From Macrostomum lignano (Eukaryota), in the NCBI GenBank assembly GCA_002269645.1, contig NIVC01003713.1, positions 1 through 64,000 on the forward strand: 64,000 nt of DNA, in the 5' to 3' direction. Under the pieces are notes generated by a model, which worked only from the letters and a program-made list of their open reading frames with translations, was not told where the DNA came from and made no database searches. The position numbers and the translations under genes are program-made. Shown one piece after another: positions 60,576-64,000 of this stretch. How positions within the stretch are numbered: position 1 is the stretch's first letter; each line of letters starts with the position of its first letter.

Positions 60576-61781
60576 TGACTATAATGTTTGCTTTTAAGGT
60601 ATTGTAATTTTGCACTACTAAGATTCGAACCTAGGTTGCTACATTAGTAATCTAGTCTGTTTGCATCTAGGCTATCTCTTTTCAATTGGAGATCATGAAC
60701 TGTTGCCCTTATAATTCAATTCTTATAGCAAGTCAGTTAGAGTAAAAAGTTATGACATAATCAATTTCTTAGTCAGCTAGTATCAGTTTAAATTTAAGTT
60801 AGCAATATGGTTATACAATGTCAGTCAAGTCTTGTGTGCTTTTTTGACATTGTTTTCAACTTTTTTATGATGCAATCTTTATCAGAATTGGAATTCAGTC
60901 AGTCAGTTTTATCTCCAACATTCTTATAAAAGCATGTTTTTTGAATATTTAATCCCTTTAACATTGAGCAATTTCTTAGCCAAGATACATGTACTGTCCC
61001 GGAAAATTTCTGATCAAATGGTATAAGTTTAGAGAAAATTATTTGAGCCATTTTTTTCTAATCAATTTGCTAGTTGCATTGCCACTTACATGCATATATA
61101 TTATAGTCTGCAAAATATAGAATGCAACATATGGTTGTAACTATTCTATTTAGTTTAACAAATTCTATATAGATAAACATTTGCAAAATTTAAGAATATT
61201 AAAAATAATAATAGTAAATTGTATAGCTTTAATTAGGCCTAATAATCTGTGTAAATGCTAAATAGCTAATTAAATAGCTTTTACCCATATTACACCTTAA
61301 TGCCAGATTGACAGTCACTAAATTAATTGTCACCAGATTGTCTGTTGCTAGATTGACTAGATACCCTATTGGCTATGCAATGCCAATGGCAATGGGGATG
61401 CCTACTTAAAGAATACCTTTTGTAATTATATAGGCCTAACTATTTCAAAACTAAAGTCATACAGTGCTCTAAACTAAAAGGTTTTAGTTAAAGCAAGGCA
61501 AGCTAGCTACTCATTCCAAAGTACTTGGCCTTGTGTCAGTGAGTGCTTAAAGTTAAATTAAATGTAAAGGTGTAAACCGTGTAAATATTAAATTTTGACA
61601 ATGTATGTCTTTCTTCTAAAAACATAACCACATTTAAATACATGTTTTTTGTTCCTAGTTTTATTAAAATTGAGCTAATGCCTAGACTAGACTTAGGCCT
61701 ATAATAAGTGTTAAAAACCTTACAACCAAGTTCCAACTGGTCTAGAAATATATAAAGGCTAAAAAGCATCCAACTTGCAAG

Positions 61782-61986
61782 CAGGTGCAGGATCTAGGAT
61801 TTTTTGACAAGGGAGGCAAGCTATACTAAGCAATGAGCACTACAACCCAATATTGGAAAACAGACTTGGCATATTTGCAGGCAGCCAGGCAGGCCCAAAA
61901 AGTGTGACCCAATTTTTTTGGCCACAGCTGAGGGCGAGATGGCGAGGGGGCATGGTCCCCATGGCCACCCCCTGGATCCGCACCTC
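61782..61986. mobile_element. Degraded hAT-like MITE
   Basis: Imperfect terminal inverted repeats AGGTGC(A)GGATCTAGG and CCCTGGATCCGCACCT; no clean TSD. Confidence 0.35.
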
Positions 61987-62009
61987 CATCCAAGGACCAA
62001 GAGCAGCAC

Positions 62010-62380
62010 CAGGGTTTTTTTGTGCGCAGAGTGTGCGTATGCACCCTAAATTTTAAAATCGCACCCTGAAATTAAAAAAGTAGGTGCGGTTTAGGTGCAG
62101 TCTTATAACCATTTTCTTTAAAGGCTTAACCATGCTTAAGCTATTTTTCATGCACTGCCTTGGCTTAAAATATGAAACAAAATAACTCTTTAAATCCTAT
62201 ATTAAGTCATATAGGCGATATAGCCTATGGCTATAGCCTTATGTAAGATATTAAAATATACATTCCCAGTTGTCTGAAACAAGACTCAAGAGAAATTGCA
62301 CTCTGAGCCTTAAAATCGCACCTTGAAATTTGGCATAAGGTGCGATTTCGCACCTTGTCTCTGGCGGAAAAAAAACCCAG
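62010..62380. mobile_element. Degraded MITE-like element
   Basis: Ends CAGGGTTTTTTT and AAAAAAAACCCAG, with repeated subterminal AAATCGCACC / GGTGCG motifs. TSD only partial (AGCAC). Confidence 0.3.
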
Positions 62381-63151
62381 TGAGCACCCTCTGATGTCAT
62401 TGTAAGCCCTAGTTGTCGACCCATCGTTACGCGTCTCAATTTTCGTCACAATATAGAATTTGTGCTTTTAGTTGACTGGTGGTCGTCGCACCACGCCCAA
62501 TAAACTGTTCGAGTTCTTAGAAACATTTCATAGAAAAAATATTTAAAAATAAAAAATCCATAGGCCGTTTATCACTACAAAAACTACCATTTCTACAGTA
62601 TTTCTTTTACTCTTTACCAGTTTCTGGTGGATTTTAGGTAAAATGGCTTGTATTTATCTTTCAGCTTGTTATAATGCCATAAAGTACCGGACTGACTGAT
62701 ACGCATTGGTACACATGAAAACAAAGTAAATGAAACAACAGCGCATTTCCTCCTGATCCCTGGGTTAACTGTGTTCTCCATGTGCGTTCAGCTGTCCCTG
62801 ACCCGTAATTGAGGCTGATGAATAGCAGGTGATTGTTTTGTGGGTGACGCATGAGTGACTAAAAATGACGACTTGACATGCAAGTGATTAAAAATGACGA
62901 GTTACAGGTAAATCCTTAAAATTCAAGGACTACTCAAGTAAAAGGATGGAAAAACTCGTTTCTTGAAAGATTTTAGGGGTAGGTTGTTCCGAAAAAATAC
63001 ACTTTTTCATCCCAATGACCCATTGTTCATCTTTTGATACTCGTATGTTTTGCCTTAATTTCTAATTATAGCGATCTATATTGACATTCATTAAGCTTTT
63101 CGTTCCAAAAAATAGTAAGTCCGTCTGTCTGTCTGTCTGTCTGTCAGTCAG

Positions 63152-63451
63152 TCAGTCACTGTCAGCACTGGCACTGACAACATACACAGCTTCGCACTGT
63201 TCGGGATCCGACGCTGCGTGTGTCGCCACCTCGCCGTCTTCGCCATCACGCTCGACTCTTGAGCTGCCCACGGACGCCTCCTCTGGTCCGCTTATCGACC
63301 TCTCGCCGATATTCGCGTACAACGCGTCGTCATCAGAGGCCGCCTGAGTCCGTCTCTGACGCAGGAAGTCGTTGATCCGCGTCTGAGCTTGCTGCCATTG
63401 CCGCATGTCCTCGGCGAGGGCGGCGTTGGAGATTCTGGCGGCGGCTGGGGA
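63152..63451 (-). CDS. Exon of a gene extending beyond the window; product unknown
   Basis: Acceptor CCCATCCCGCAG at 63452 followed by a GC-rich open frame (SPAAARISNAALAEDMRQWQQAQTRINDFLRQRR...) with the same composition as neighbouring exons. It ends at a stop in the GACT repeat, or earlier at a GTATGT donor. Confidence 0.5.
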   Translation of the reverse strand, partial: SPAAARISNAALAEDMRQWQQAQTRINDFLRQRRTQAASDDDALYANIGERSISGPEEASVGSSRVERDGEDGEVATHAASDPEQCEAVYVVSASADSD

Positions 63452-63479
63452 CTGCGGGATGGGACGGGCAGCTCAATGA

Positions 63480-63650
63480 CACTGTGATGGACAGCTCAAA
63501 GTTTTGGGATGGGCACTCAAGGATGCCGGGATGGGCAGCTTAAGGTTTAGGGACGGGCAGCTCAAGGATGCTGGGATGCGCAGCTCAAGGATGCTGGGAT
63601 GCGCAGCTCAAGGATGCTGGGATGGGCAGTTCAAGGATGCTGGGTTTCAG
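63480..63650. repeat. About 23-nt minisatellite GGGATGGGCAGCTCAAGGATGCT
   Basis: Tandem units beside the 63451 acceptor. Confidence 0.75.
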
Positions 63651-64000
63651 ATACAATCTCAGCTCTCACCATTTTGTCTCCATGGCTTTCGACGCTACTT
63701 GGAGTTTTGGACTGAAAGCAGCAAAACATGTTGCAGAAATTGCTTGAGGCAAACACTGGCTGTCATGTCAAACTGGCTACTTTCACGCCCAATATATCGC
63801 AGGTCTGCACCTTTTTAGCTTTTTTAGCTTTACAGATAAAAATCTTAAGCATGGTGTTGCGCCTGAACGAGCAGAAGAGACTCTGCTTGAGTGCAAAATG
63901 CACAAGTTAATCAGCCATGACAAACCAGTTTCAAATATTTGAAATGCACTTGCTAGCAGATGTGAATGTGCGGCCTGTGACCAGCCTCAGAGCTCAGGGT

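Noticed and set aside
57000-61700. Short ORFs in the AT-rich intergenic region
   Set aside because: All are under 80 aa, AT-rich and without motifs, consistent with non-coding DNA.

Overview
Eukaryotic (metazoan) genomic DNA. GC-rich coding exons with poly-Ala/poly-Gln runs and introns packed with minisatellites suggest the flatworm Macrostomum, but that is inference. Four complete intron-containing genes lie on the minus strand in tandem: WHRN-like (56965->47358), the IP3 receptor ITPR (44829->13538, about 2920 aa), ENOX-like (11145->8088) and CPSF2 (6447->1239, with two 1-nt frameshifts). One exon of a fifth gene lies near 63.2-63.5 kb. The main finding is a 3441-bp, apparently autonomous Chapaev-type DNA transposon (226-bp TIRs, 4-bp TSD, intact 680-aa transposase with a RAG1-like N-terminal zinc region) inserted inside an ITPR coding exon. 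Its TIRs carry GT donor and AG acceptor sites placed so that splicing would leave an in-frame 18-nt (or 42-nt) footprint in either orientation, i.e. a candidate autonomous intron-generating element. Also notable: an intronless caspase with an intact catalytic dyad nested antisense in ITPR intron 15, a duplicated half-PDZ exon in WHRN, phase 0 at all 15 ordinary ITPR introns, arrays of duplicated splice donors, and inverted minisatellites flanking two ITPR exons. Two RTE-like retrotransposon fragments, two CORE-type SINEs and MITE-like hairpins are also present. All gene models were built by hand from GT-AG sites, frame continuity and remembered homolog sequences; no database search or transcript data were available.
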